Shown piece by piece: positions 46,021-59,559 of a stretch of 64,000 bases of DNA. The stretch lies in the NCBI RefSeq assembly GCF_003704095.1, contig NW_020845457.1, positions 62,001 to 126,000 of the forward strand. The letters run 5' to 3'. Below the pieces are notes generated by a model. That model was not told where the DNA came from, did no database searches, and saw only the letters and a program-made list of their open reading frames with translations. Made by a program: the position numbers and the translations under genes. The stretch's first letter is position 1. Each line of letters opens with the position of its first letter. Source of the DNA: Pocillopora damicornis. Its lineage: Eukaryota.

Positions 46021-46428
46021 AAGAAACGGTGTTGCTGCGTCGGTGGGAGAGTATAACAGGGTATTTTAGTATTATCAACTGAGTTGATAACGTAAGTTGG
46101 CCATCGCAAAGAGTTTCAAAGCTGACGTTTAGCGAGCGTTAGCCCTTCATCAGAGCGAATGAAGGGTGGTTGTTTTCGCCCAGAGTAACTTCCTCTCTCG
46201 TCTGAGTGTGAGTTTCTATAAATATCTTTAAAAAATTATTCACGATAACTCATTTACGGTGATGTGTAGAGTTTCAAAGCTGACGTTTAGCGAGCGTTAG
46301 CCCTTTATCAGAGCGAATGAAGGGTGGTTATTTTCGTCGAGAGTAACTTCCTCTCTCGTCTGAGTGTGAGTTTCTATAAGTATCTTTAAAAAAATTATTC
46401 ACGATAATTCATTTACAGTTATGTGTAG
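46021..46428 (-). repeat. Penelope-associated repeat end plus a 158-bp tandem duplication, each unit carrying a degenerate minimal hammerhead motif
   Basis: Units start at 46110 and 46268; the minus strand reads GCT-CTGATGA-A-GGGC-TAAC-GCTC-GCTAAA-CGTC-AGC. Confidence 0.7.
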
Positions 46429-48759
46429 TGTTTGAAATATTTTCCGTAGTTTCTAGCTATACCATGAATATCAGTCAGAGTTGTAAGTAAAAAAAGAGGA
46501 GTGATACGAAACAATTTTTTCTTCCATGCAAATAAAGGTGTGTGCGAACATATAAAGTGTTTTTTCGTTTATATATGCATTCTGTTCTAGGAAACTATTT
46601 TCTTAGACATTGTTTTGACGAGCATTCGAAAACCTTAATGAAGTAGTGCGACGCGTCGGCGACGTGTTAGAAAACACGATCGTTTAGTTTTTATTACTTT
46701 CGTGAAATTCTGTTCCTAACACCGCCTCTTTCTTTCTCGGTATGTGACATTTAAAAGCAACGCTGTCTTCGACAAAGAAAATTTTAAAAAAAATTTCTAG
46801 AAGGTTTTTTTTCTATATTTGCATGCGGTGCTTATCCAGAGTTATTGGTTAAATCCCATGCTTACATGACGGAAAGGTTAAGTGTTTAAGGTCTAATCAA
46901 ACGCATTGAATCTTGCAGCTGCTGGTTCGATCTGTTTATGGTACTCCGTCGGCACACATCTGCAAGTTAAAATTACGAGCAGTTAGCTAACAGCTACTGT
47001 CTGAAGAGCTGATTTTTCTTTTCAACTCCATTGACAAACTTGTCCAGAAGAACACAAAAGAAAAGAATTGCATTGTATTCCTGTGGAGTCTAAATAACAA
47101 AGTGATCCAAACGGAATTTTTTACAATCACTGATCGGTAAGTGAGTTGACGATGAACACTGAATTATCTAAACAATGTCAGTATCTTCTCTCTTACAAAA
47201 TGGAAGCGTTGGCGCACAGTCTGTTGTAGTGGTATAAAAAGAGAAACTCGCTTTGTTCCCTCTCTTTGTCTTAACAGTTTTCAGGTATCTTAGATAAAAA
47301 TTCTCACCGGTTAAAACTATTTAAATCGTAAGCTTGAAAAATTATATTTAAGTCTCCTAGAAACCAGACGATTTAGACTGGGAACCGAAGCTGGTATTTT
47401 TAAGAACATAACCAGTTTGAGTTCGTAATTAGGTCGAATAAAGAAGGAAGCTGAAAAGAAGTAAAGAAAGCTTAGTTAGATACGAAGCTGCTTACTTCTT
47501 GTCAGTAGAACTGTTCTGATGTTCCTGCTTAATTTAGCGGGCGTAAACTAATGAGAAAAGACAACTATGGGAATAGATATTTGCTCTCTTATTGAGGGGG
47601 AGGTGAAGCTGCATTGTTTCCTACTCACGAATGGCCTTTTAAAATCGTCAGGGACCTTTTTGCTGATAATTTTTCCGAAGTCAAGAAAAGGCTGTTAAAA
47701 GAGTGTGGTAGGAACCTTTTCAACTTCTTCAAAAACAGGCTGGCATTTAGCTACCAAAGACATTTAAATTCAACATTGGCAGGTAATTTTACTTCACATC
47801 CAATACACACGACTGAGAGATTCAACACGCTCTAAGTTCAGTATTCTATAATGACTGATAAAATGCAAATTATTTATCGAGTGCTAACTTCGATGCCTGA
47901 CTCAAAAAGATTTCTTACCAAAACAAAAGAGATGATATACCTCAACTAAATTAAATAAGAAAAAATCGTGATGTCTTGACAATAAAATTTACCTAATATG
48001 TCATTACTGAGCTAATGAAACAAATAATATCGACAGCTTTCTAACCAAAGACACAAACAGACACTAGAATATTTTTAGTTCTTTTAATATTGATGAACTC
48101 ATAATTTAATTTGACTTTGTGAGATACGAGATCTTTGCGTCGTGTCGTGTATCTGAAAAGAACTAATAATCTACGTAATTTACAGGGCACCGTTTGTAAA
48201 ATCGTTATTTGGACAGTTTTTTTCTATTGCATAATGCATATAGTTTTTATTTCCTTAGAAACCAATATCGTCCAAATTTGAACAAAAGTAAATATATGTT
48301 GATATAAAAACTAATTTCAGTGCTAATTTCATATAGCCATTTCCATTTTTAAACGCTTGCCAAAAATGGTGATTCGACGCCGCCCGGGTGCGAATATTTA
48401 CTTGTCAGAGCTGCCTTAAGGCTGAGCCAATGTAAAAAGACCACACTTCATCTCCAACTAAAAAAAAAAGGCCGTTGAAAATAGATGCTGAATTTGATTA
48501 TTTCAAGTAGTTTCTTTTCAGACGATGGTTAAACTGATTGTCATCGACGTGCTAGTAATGGAGCAGTGCATTTAATAATAGAACATTTCCTCTTGATGAA
48601 ACTGAGGGCGTAACAGTGCCCCCCGGCTTATTTCAACTTTCCGGAACTCCGTGTTTATCAAAGATCTGTTAATTCTCGATTTCGTGCTGTGATAGCTCAA
48701 GGAGTCGAGCATTGTTTAAGAAATAACAAGTTATAAGGTATCACTCGTCTCAGAATTAT

Positions 48760-49062
48760 CATAGCGGAGCTCGCAGAGCGTAGCCCCATAATTATACAAA
48801 ATAGTAGTAACCCATGAAGCCGAAAAAATTTGGATGTACGACCGTACGACCGTACAACCGTACAAGGTGCTACTTTTAACATGCTTTTAACATGCGTGGT
48901 CAACATGCGTGGTGGCTTTGTTCAGTAGTCCAGTACTACACTGGGTTCCGAGTCGGACGACGCGGGTTCTAGTCCTGGCCGGGCCAAGGCGTTGTGCCCT
49001 TGAGACGTGCGGGGAAAAAAAATGCGAGCTCCGCTTTTAAGCTTGGCTAAATCTATATATTA
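48760..49062 (+). mobile_element. Non-autonomous element with subterminal inverted repeats, a microsatellite and a tRNA-like segment (Helentron/HINE-like)
   Basis: Perfect 13-bp inverted pair AGCGGAGCTCGCA (48763) / TGCGAGCTCCGCT (49023); (GTACGACC)n tract; B-box-like GGGTTCTAGTCC. Confidence 0.55.
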
Positions 49063-50331
49063 GGTGAAGGTTGTACATCGCGTGAGGAATTGTTTCTTTG
49101 GATCATCTTGTTGCCACTCCGTTCGTTCTACATCATTGTTGTCATAATTACCTGATAACAAGAATTTCAGTTCAACTTTCGGAAAAAAGTAGAATTAAAT
49201 TGCCCTTAAGCAGCTCAATGTCCAGCAAAAACAAGAACAAAGATTTTTTGAGAGATGGAAGAAAGCGGTAAAAAAAGAAAGAAAAGAAAAGAAACAACAA
49301 ACGCTATAGATCGACTCAAGATATTCAAATGCGCGCTCAATCTCTTTTATTTGTCTGTTCTTTGTGGTGCTCGTGAAGCGAAGTTCATTGAACTCACCTT
49401 AGCAGATTCATTGGTCTAATTTAGAACAGACAACCCTCCACAGGTTCATTAATCTAATTTAGAATACAGCTTGTTACTGTAAAAGCAATGAATATTCATT
49501 TTTCCAGTGTTTGTTTTTTAAGAACCAAAGTACAAAAGGGTAAATTGCACTTAAAAATTTACTTACCTTTGAGTGCCATGCAAGTAGATACGATGCGATC
49601 TATTCTTCTTTCGTAAGGCGAGTGTCCACTTTTTTTTCTCCCCTAACATGAAAATTTGAAATACATCAATTGGATATAACTTAAGATTCCTATGGCGACA
49701 TAAATGCTGAATATTTTTTAGTATTCATTTACTATAGTTACTTGTTTTTATTTTTGAAAAAATTGATTATTATTATTATCTTTTCTTAAAGAGCTTTGTA
49801 GCTTCGGGTTTGCAGTTCTTCAAACACACCATCAAAGTTTTGAAACGAGGAAATTAACACACTTAATTATAAACCTGTTTTCCAAGTTTTTTGCTGTCTT
49901 TATAAATACCCCTAAAATTCTGAGATAGCTTCAACAGTTTCAGTCGCATGTTGTTGGACATCAATTTACAGAAGATGTTTCTATATGTTTTATGACCTAA
50001 ATTGAATAGCTTTATTTGTTCTCTTATCAATGTCATCAAAATGTTGACCCAGAGGGTTAAAGACACTAATCAAACGTGGTTTTTAGTGGTAAGACGAAAC
50101 AACTTCACTTTGCGCTGACATAGCCGAACAAACGTGAAGTGATTTACATAGGCGAAAAGGGTTACAAAAGCGTGGTGGGTAACGCGCCGCAAGATTTCTG
50201 TTTTAAGTAATTTAGCTCTTATTTTCGTCAGTAAATGCTAGGTTAGGGTGAGCCTGAAAGTAGTTTGTGTCCCATAGTCTTCCGTTTAGCCACACTCTCT
50301 GTTAAAGGTAATTTCCATCTTGTTTCAGTAG

Positions 50332-51333
50332 ATGACGATGACGCTCAAAGGAATCGAGACTTTGGCCAAAGAACTCCAAAACCGAGACATGAAGGTCGTG
50401 ATATGTGAAACGTTTTTCTACCTGCTGATTATTTCGATGGCAATCGCTGGAAACTCCTGTGTTCTTTTGGCGGTGTATAGAAACTCAAGACTGCGGACAG
50501 TTCCAAACTACTACATTGTGTCGCTGGCGATCTCTGATATTCTTTTGCCCTTGTTGTGTGCTCCGTATTCTGTAACTGTGGTCATCGTTGGTCACTGGCC
50601 ATTTAACGACAGTGTTTGCCAAAGTCAGGGATTTTTTGTCATAATTTTGGCTTGCGCCTCTTTGCTGATCTTAACACTGACCGCGATCAATCGATTTTTC
50701 CGAATGGTGGTAACGAAACATTACCGACAAATTTTTACGAAATGGAAAACCATAATTATGATAGTACTCGGAGTCGGCTTAGCTTGCTTGGAACCATTAC
50801 CTTATTTACTCACGGGTCGACATTATGTCTTTCATCCTGGAAAGTTGTTTTGCTTTCAAACAGCTGAAATTTCCCTTCCAAATTTTATTGTGTATTTCTA
50901 CGTTGGTCTGCCTACTTCTGCTTTAAGTATTTGCTATGCACTCGTCTTCAGGAAAATGCGCATTCACCAAAGAACAGTTCATAATCTACGTTCCTCTTCC
51001 TTGGCTGCGGATAACATTTCTCAAGCTGATGTCAGAGTTACAAAGATTCTATTCATCACGGTGATAGGATTTTTGGCCTGTTGGACGCCGATTGCCGTCA
51101 TAGATTTTGTGGACACGTTCCGAGGTGAAGTTTCTCTTCCGAGACAAGTCTATGTTTTCTATCTAATTCTGGGAAATCTTTCAGGCGCTATTAATCCTTT
51201 TATCTACGGTTTCTTGAACAGGAATTTCAGACAAGAATATAGAAAGATTTTTTCGTTAAGGAAAAGAAGCTCAAGACTGCATCATTTGCAAATGGACTTA
51301 CCATCATTTTCGACTCGACACCCTCAAATTTAG
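50332..51333 (+). CDS. Intronless class A GPCR, melatonin-receptor-like family, 333 aa
   Basis: GNSC, SLAISD, WPF..VC (Cys3.25), NRF in place of DRY, ECL2 Cys (LFCF), CWTP, NPFIY. Confidence 0.9.
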   Translation: MTMTLKGIETLAKELQNRDMKVVICETFFYLLIISMAIAGNSCVLLAVYRNSRLRTVPNYYIVSLAISDILLPLLCAPYSVTVVIVGHWPFNDSVCQSQGFFVIILACASLLILTLTAINRFFRMVVTKHYRQIFTKWKTIIMIVLGVGLACLEPLPYLLTGRHYVFHPGKLFCFQTAEISLPNFIVYFYVGLPTSALSICYALVFRKMRIHQRTVHNLRSSSLAADNISQADVRVTKILFITVIGFLACWTPIAVIDFVDTFRGEVSLPRQVYVFYLILGNLSGAINPFIYGFLNRNFRQEYRKIFSLRKRSSRLHHLQMDLPSFSTRHPQI

Positions 51334-54300
51334 AACTCAATACCAATATTATTAGTAAGATTCTTCTTTGGTAATTCCGGTCAATGGACAACATATATGG
51401 TTTTATTTTGGATTTTTTTCGTTTTCCGTAGAAATGGTGGCTAGGAAATCAATGTTAAAGTATATGGAAGCACTAAGCTGTACAAATTTACATATATTTT
51501 GATTTTACGAGATGTCATTAAGTCCATCCAGGACATCTACATAAACTGAACGAAACAAATTATTTCATCACTTTTGTAGCGCATTTTTCGTTTTTTAAAA
51601 TTCTCTGGTACTTTAGAAATTTTCGGCGTATTTTCCATTATTTTTTTTCTTCCAAATGTTTGTTGTTTCCTTTATTTTGTCGGTTTGCTTTGTCAATAAC
51701 CACAAAATAAACACGACACGGAAATAATTAATTTCTCCTTTAGCCGTCGAAGGACACAAGTCAAGATGTTTGACAGTCGGTAATAACTGATAAGAGATCA
51801 GAAAAGCAAAAGATCCGACAGTTTCCTTTATGTCAGGGGACAGCAAGTAATGGAAATCTCGAACCTGCGACCGATGTAAATACTGAGTCAGGAGTAAAAT
51901 AAACGAAATTTCCCACTGCTTTATTTCATCGCAGGGTTTCTCTATTTTCACTCATTTATCCGCTGCGGATACAGTCCTTTTTTTTCTGACACCTTTCAGT
52001 GCCACTGTCACTTCAAAAGACGATTGCTTAACTCAAAGTATCTTGTAGTGACCCAGAGCCTCGACTCACTGGATTACGTAGTCGTATAATGACTCGTAGA
52101 CATCTCAATACCATGATGCAAGTTGAAGGAAGATATTAACTAAAATGGATAAGATTTAATGCATTTAACTACCGTTTAAACTGTAGACGCATAATGAAAG
52201 GGGTCAGGTCTTTTCCGCAAATGTTATACTCTGTCTATAAGGAATATATTGCGTTTGAAAAAAACCCGTCAAAAAAGTGGTGCGTGGAGTTGCAACAAAA
52301 CTTTTGTAAATAAGACTAAGTTTACTGCTCTTGTTGTTGTTTCATAGTGTCCTTTATTTTTTCTCTCCTGACTTGCTTGAATCGATTTGTTCGTCTAGAA
52401 ATCTTCGAGGCTGATTTATTGAATGTCTTTGCCGTTTCATGTATTCTATGTCCACTGGTGCAATTCAACATTTGAATACAAAGTCGTATTATGAAAGACG
52501 AAATTCAATGAAACATATTAGATCTAACACCTTTAATTATCTTAGGAAACTGTGGACCCATAGTAAACATGGCTTAGTTTGTTCAGCTTGAATTATTTCT
52601 CCAAAGGCAGCATACTGCGGTAATTCCATTACGTTTTTTCTGGTTTTCAACGGACTCGTTTGAACTACTTTGGTCATAAGTTATGAAAACCAACGAGGCT
52701 ACGTCTTCTCAATTTACTGATTTAAAGCCGGAACAGCGACGAAGTATAATTCACTGAACACTTTATGCAAGGTTTGAACTCCTTGTGGCATGAAGAAGAC
52801 GATGTCAAACGAGAAATGTTGACCTCAACGCGTTTAATTATCATACGAACAGCAATCTTGTAGTGATGAAAAAGTTTAAGATTATTCAGCTCAGCTCTTA
52901 TCCTTCCCCAGAAAAAAAAATTACGGAATTATTTTCTTTTTTCAAGAGTTTATCCGCCACTTTTCAATTCCGTTTAACACCATATTTCAAGCAAAAAAAT
53001 TATTTCATCCAAAACATATTAGTTTCATCGCTTTTAATTACGCACCATTTAAACAGAAGAAACATAGTAAATAGGTAAGGTCAAGTTTATTCAGCTTGTT
53101 TTATTCACATTTCGCGATCAACACTTAGTATTGTGTTTGTTACAAAAGTTATACATGAAGCCACAGTCGCGACAGACAAAAACATGACTAAATTACTTGA
53201 CTGTACGAAGCAAATAGAAAGTGGCAGCTGTCTGAGTCTTTTTTTTTACTGAAGATTTTTTTTTTTTTAAGATCAGATTTAAAAAATTGTAATTCGGAAA
53301 GGGGAAAATGAATTACAATTACTCCTCCTTTTTCTTACTTCATTTCCGATGTTGTTATAATTGTTTGCGTTTGACATTTTTTGTTTGCGTTCGACATTTT
53401 TTGTTTGCCAAAGTTGTAAAGCTCCTCCACAAATACAATAACCCTTGTCAGTCATTTGCATAAAAATTATATTATTCTTTCTTTACCCAATTTTCGCATA
53501 GGAACCTTCTTAATTTCTTGCCACAAAAGAATACAAGACTGGATAAGAGAAAGAAACAGTAGAGCAAAATTACATCGGTGTTAGTCAGCTATCGATAGCA
53601 CATTTACTGCAAAGGGAAAAAAAAACAATTTTGTCTGTTTTCTCCTGCTTCTCATTTTATCTTAAATATGTCAAGCGAATACTGAAAACCAAAATATCAT
53701 CTTTTTTCATGAAAGACGAAATTCGCACGATTGGCATACGTGGTTGAGAGCAGAAACAATAAACTTATAAAACTCTTGCCATTTGTCATTCGCTCGGATC
53801 AGTTCAAAAGTTTATGCAAAGCTAAAAACTTTTGTGAGACGGAAATCATCACACTCGCTACACTCGTTCGAGAGCTATATGGCGGCACGTTGAAGTAGTC
53901 ATTGGTAAGACATGGGTCCCAATGGCGCAATGATTTCCAACGATCACAGCTCTGTTCACTTTGTATGAATTCATCGTAAAATATATGAACGCAGATTTTT
54001 TAATATGTAAAATTCAGCCCTGATCCTGCGTTTTGCACTACAGAGCATTGTATTCAGTGTCATAATGAAAACGATTAGAAGGGATTATCGACATGAACCC
54101 GTCACGCGCCTTAGTAATCATAATCCCATACAGCTTTGCGGGTGTGATTACTTCATTTTCGGACTTTAAAAACACTACCAGCTTGTGTACTGCTCAGAGT
54201 CTCGCACAAATTTGACGAGTGGTGATGAAAGGATGAAGCCAAACCTGTTAAGTCCGCCGCCCGTTTCGTAATTCCTTTTTCGTGCAGAACTTAAAGTAAA

Positions 54301-54884
54301 TTTCTGATTGAAAGCACCGCTAGTGATCACAAAAATGTGGAAACTATCTCAATTCTTCAGTTTTTCAGCTTTTTCTGATCAGAGGCAGTAAAACTGTATT
54401 TCAGTGTAATGGTAGTGGCGTGCCCGAGAAAAAAATCGTGTAGCAAAAACACCAATGCCATTGAAATGAGATGATCAAAGCCTATAATCCACCAGCAGTG
54501 TCGGCAAATCAACTGTTATAATTGGTGAGCGACCAAGATTTGCCACATTTCACGGATACCTTGAGGCTGCACGTGATTTGATCTACCTTTGCAGTTATTA
54601 GATATACTATTAGCTAGCAATAATAGAAGTCATGAACAGAAAAATATTAACAGCTTTTCACTTAAAACGTTTGCATAAAAGCAAATACGTTCGGTGTTTT
54701 TGTTTAGATTGTGAGAAGCAGGTGGGAGACATGATTAGTCCATTGTGTTTTGATGTTTTGAAATTGGGGAGAGTTAACGGAATCTTTTGACTCTTTCATA
54801 AAAAATAAGAATTTTGCGAGAGCTTTTTTACGTCCACTGGCACTATTCATAACTTGGTCTTGCTACTCTGAGGACTCGCTGCTA

Positions 54885-56787
54885 ATGGCCTTTCCGACAG
54901 CTGTGCTAATTCTCTTGTGTTTTTCAACTCTGGCAAGTAAGAGAACCCAATTTTGGTTATATGCTTCTAATTGTCATTGCGGTAAATGTCGGAACTGATA
55001 TCTAATATTCTTACAAACGCAGGAGGAACCTGGAAATATGGAGATAGTGATGTTATTCATGGAGGCGAGTAATTTTTTTCTGACCGGAAATAACCGTTAC
55101 TTTACAATCTTTATCCGTCTGGAAGAGCAGTTTTCAAATTTGAATCCACCACTATTTCTATTAACTTTACTGCGTGATTTTTTTAAGTAGCAAAGGTAAT
55201 TTCAGGAAAATTTGTGACCTCAAAGAAAAGAATATGTTTATAGAAAAGTACTCGATCCGTTATAATTGTGGGAACTTTTTTGTTCACTACCTGATTAGTT
55301 ATAGGTAAAGAAATAGGGCTCTTTTCGATTGAGTGTCCTGAGACCAAGTTACTTGTCAAAGGGCACTAAAGAGAACTGGAGATAAACACAAGTAAATGTA
55401 AATGGTTTGATTAGCTGAGATAATGGTGCGAGTTTTCTGAACCAATCAGAGAGTTAAGTAACCACAGAGTCAAGGTTATGATCCTAAATCACTTTGAGAA
55501 ATCAGTTGGAAGTTTTTGTGGTTGTCTGACTTTGAATTAAGCATAAGATCACGAATTCAAGTGTAAAAATATCCATCAGGGCGCGTGGAGAACGACATGA
55601 TGTTGACAAAGCAGACATTATACGCTGTTGCACTAACTTAAAACTGCATTTTGTTTGATACAGTTTATGGACCCGATGCATGGGGAAATGTTGCAAGTTC
55701 ATGCCGTCTGGCCGACCAATCACCAATCAATATTGCAACCAAGACGGTAGAGTCTGATTCATCTCTGGGAGAGCTGGACATCACGTGTGACAATGAAGAA
55801 GGATTGTTCAATGGAATACTGCTGAATAATGGATATGAGCCAATCCTAACAGCGGATTATAAGAGAGGCACCTGTAACTTAACTGGTGTCCCTGTGATTA
55901 ATAAGAACTTTCAGCTGCATGATTTAAACATCCACTTTGGATGTGAGGCTGATCGAGGATCTGAGCACACTATTGATGGGAAAAGTTTCCCAGCAGAGGT
56001 AAGGCGCTTATAAATACGTCAAAACTTTTTTTACCATTGTGTTGCTCATATCGAATATAGGCAACAGCCTTATTTACAAATCTAAGTCTGCCCTAATTAG
56101 CCAATTGAAGAGGAGTGATTTATGATGCGACTATTCCGATAGAACACTTTTCGATGATTTGCTGAGTCAAAACAAAAACCGATTAGTACTCTTACAAACT
56201 ACAAGCTAAGCTTTCGAGATTACTTAAAACCAATGCTTTGAAGTTTAGATTCTGACTGCAATTACAAGTCAGCTTTTAATTATTACATTCAAAGTCACGA
56301 GTCAAGATTGAAGATCGAACAATATTTTTTTTTTCATCCTTACTTTATAAACTGCATTTGAAGATGTTGGAATCTATTGTTTAGGTTCTGTTTTCAGATT
56401 TGTTTCATCAACTGGGTGGCTTCGGTTACCATAAATCCACTCTTATAGTCATGTCTTTATTTGTCTCCAATCTCCACACAGTTGCAATTGATGTTTTACA
56501 ACACAGAATATGGGTTTTATGACAATGCAGCCTCAAAAAAGGATGGCTTGGCGGCCATTTCAGTATTGTTGAAGGTAAGACATATTCCCTGGGACCATCG
56601 CTATAACGTTGTGTCATTTCGTCCATGTTGGTTAGTTTTCTAGGTATTGTAAGGCTATACATAAGTTTTTGGAACTATTCTAAATACTTCTGTCATAACA
56701 TGCATATGATCATGGCAGGTTATTGAGGAAGTAGTTTAGGACGTAACACGTAGTCTTACATGACGTAATGGTCTACAAGACAAAAAA

Positions 56788-56818
<31 letters not shown>

Positions 56819-57947
56819 AAAAAAACAAAAAAATGGACGTCCATATTGGTCATTGGATAATCTAGCTAAATGGAAATTTTTAAATTCGGCGACCGTCATC
56901 AGAAGCTTCAGGTTTTAGCTTAGTTTCATTCCTTTAGCCTCAAAATGACTCCTTTCATTGTTTTGTTTTGTTTTGTTTTTTTGCAGGTAGGGAAGACTGA
57001 AAACAATGCACTTGATAGCATTGTTGATCAACTGGATGACGTTGCCGTGGAAGGTTTGCTCATGTTGTATTTACATGCTTTGACTTTCAGCGGGAATATG
57101 CAAGCAAGAGTTTATTGTAATGTATATTGAAAGATAAGAGCATGGGTTAGACAACAACACGTGGCTATTGAGCCACTCGCACTATCGGAATCGTCAGGAC
57201 TATTGATCAGTATTATCTAATGTAAAATTTTGCTTTTGTCATATGAGCTAAATTATATTAGCATCCACCTCGATTTCTAACTACAGGATCCAGCATCCCT
57301 GTTTATACACCGGCTGACAATTTGACCTTGGCCAACCTTGTTCCGGACCTTGCTAAAGAGCATGCGCCTTACTACACTTACATGGGCTCACTAACGACTC
57401 CTCCCTGCTACGAAACCGTGAAATGGATTGTCATGAAGAACCCAGTAACCATCACTAAACATCAGGTATTCCACCATTCAGAGAATTATATTTTTTCTCC
57501 TTAACCTACCCCTCTTATCCTACATATTTAGCGGTTTTGAAAAAAATGGTCACCAGTTCTCCCGCTTGCTTAGTTTCAGAAGCAAAAGACTGGGATTTAC
57601 ACTTAACGAGATTTGAAGAATAAATAACGTTTTTGGAAACCCATGCTGCTCTTTTTTCATAGTTGATGAGGGATTTAGAAGCGTTGAAAGAATTTCAAAT
57701 ATCAGCCCCTAATCAAAGGCGTACATGTAACTCTTGTCTAATGCAAATCGTCGAATGAATGATCTCATTTCCGAAGGTAAATTATTTTTAAAACCGACCT
57801 GATTTTTGTTTAGTTTTATATACTTATATGTCTTTTTCGTTTCAGCTTGAAGCGTTCAAGAAACTCACGTCAGGACAAGGTTCTGAATGTGACAATTTCC
57901 GGCCGACTAAACCAGTGAATGGTAGAAAGGTGGAAGCAAATTTCTGA
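54885..57947 (+). CDS. Secreted alpha-carbonic anhydrase-related protein (probably acatalytic), ~289 aa, 7 exons
   Basis: Exons 54885-54936, 55023-55064 (GC donor), 55664-55998, 56482-56574, 56987-57053, 57287-57465, 57846-57947 (870 nt). Signal peptide, W-x-[44 protein letters not shown]. Confidence 0.88.
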
Positions 57948-59459
57948 TTCAGGTTAGAAACGCCACAACTTTGCTCTTCTACTCGGATTTGTTCTTTCTC
58001 TATTTCATTTCTCCATACAGTATGGTGCATTTTCCATCACATGTAAATATAAGTTTTATTACGTTTGTGTTTTCTTTGTCATTTTGGTAATGGTGACTTA
58101 TAGTGTTTCATTATCCATGTTGACGCAGATCTAGCTAGCAAACTTAAAAAGTGCAATCCTTAAAACGTCCTGACTTGCGTATTTTTCGAGAGTTTTAAAA
58201 CTGCACTCTGTTTATGATTCTATCTCCATTTAATTTTGTTTAAAGCAGCTCACACCTACTGATATTTATTGTTAAAGTGTCATCCTCATGACCCGGGGCT
58301 GTTGAGTTTTCAAATGAGGCCTTTTTGATTTACCAAGGGTAACTACATAGATTAAATGAACTAGATGGAAGCTGTAAAACTAAAATAAATGAGAATTACT
58401 CTAATTACCTAATGTGAATGTTTGTCGAGTGACGCTACATACTAAAAATATTGAAAATAAAATTCGAAATAAACTGCTACACAGATTGCACTCTTCCTTC
58501 TCAAAGAGGAGGGGAGGAGTGGAGTATTGGGTTACTCATATCCAAAGACTACCCCATCTTTTCCCCAGATTTGATGCGAATCTTGATTTTCTTTGCAGGG
58601 AGACTCATTGCATAGGTCAGCATATGCAAGAAAGTGTTGTAAAGAAAAATTCACGACTTATGTCTTTGTAATGTCTTAGAAGATTCCATGGTCACATCCA
58701 AATTAATCGACGATAAATTAAAGGAGCGGCCGGGTAAACTTTTAAAAGCGGTTCTGTCGCAGTGCTTGTTTTATGCAGTTCAAAACTGAAAAATTTAGTC
58801 GGTCTGCATTTGACTTCATCTAAATGTCTCGATATGATCAGGTCATACGGTATTATGAGAGAAGAAACTGAGGTTTTTCGTCATCTACTTAACGTTAAAA
58901 CGAATAAATTGAAGTGGGATTCTTGAAAGGAAATATTAACTTGGATAATTAAGATATATGTTAAGAGATGAAATGTTGATGTCAAACATCCGATTACGAT
59001 GCACGTTAATTTACATTAAAAGTTTCAAATGAGCGTTATAATTATCAGTGTAAATTAAAACATTCAGTCTCGCTGTCCGTCTGTTGCTGTCCGTCTCACG
59101 TAATTTGATAGTTTGACGCCGAACCCCTAAGGGAACTGAAATGAGATGTCAACTCTAGATCTCTATAATTCCGGAAAAACCAGTCGTAAGGGGGTACACT
59201 CGTCGATAAAGTTGTTGTTAAAAGAACAAGATCAACAACAACCTTCCAAAGACAATGACACGAACCACAGACTTTCATTTAAGCATTTCTGGTCTTCTTC
59301 TCTCACTAACCTCTTCTTTGTTATCCATATCAATCATTCGATTTTCATCGTCTTTCATTATAAAATAGTAATGGAGTATCAAAGTATATATTCAACAAAA
59401 AGATAAATTTACTCGTACAAATGGACCTTGGAAACCCCCGGCCACCTAATCTTCCCAGT

Positions 59460-59559
59460 NNNNNNNNNNNNNNNNNNNNNNNNNNNNNNNNNNNNNNNNN
59501 NNNNNNNNNNNNNNNNNNNNNNNNNNNNNNNNNNNNNNNNNNNNNNNNNNNNNNNNNNN
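59460..59559. other. Assembly gap (100 N)
   Basis: Run of N. Confidence 1.

Noticed and set aside
46110-46428. CRISPR-like array
   Set aside because: There are only two full-length near-identical units with no unique spacers, in eukaryotic DNA.
48905-48990. tRNA gene
   Set aside because: A B-box-like motif is present but there is no convincing cloverleaf; it is embedded in a repeat element.
50332-51333. Opsin
   Set aside because: There is no Lys at 7.43 (LGNLSGAINP); the NRF motif fits the melatonin-receptor-like group better.
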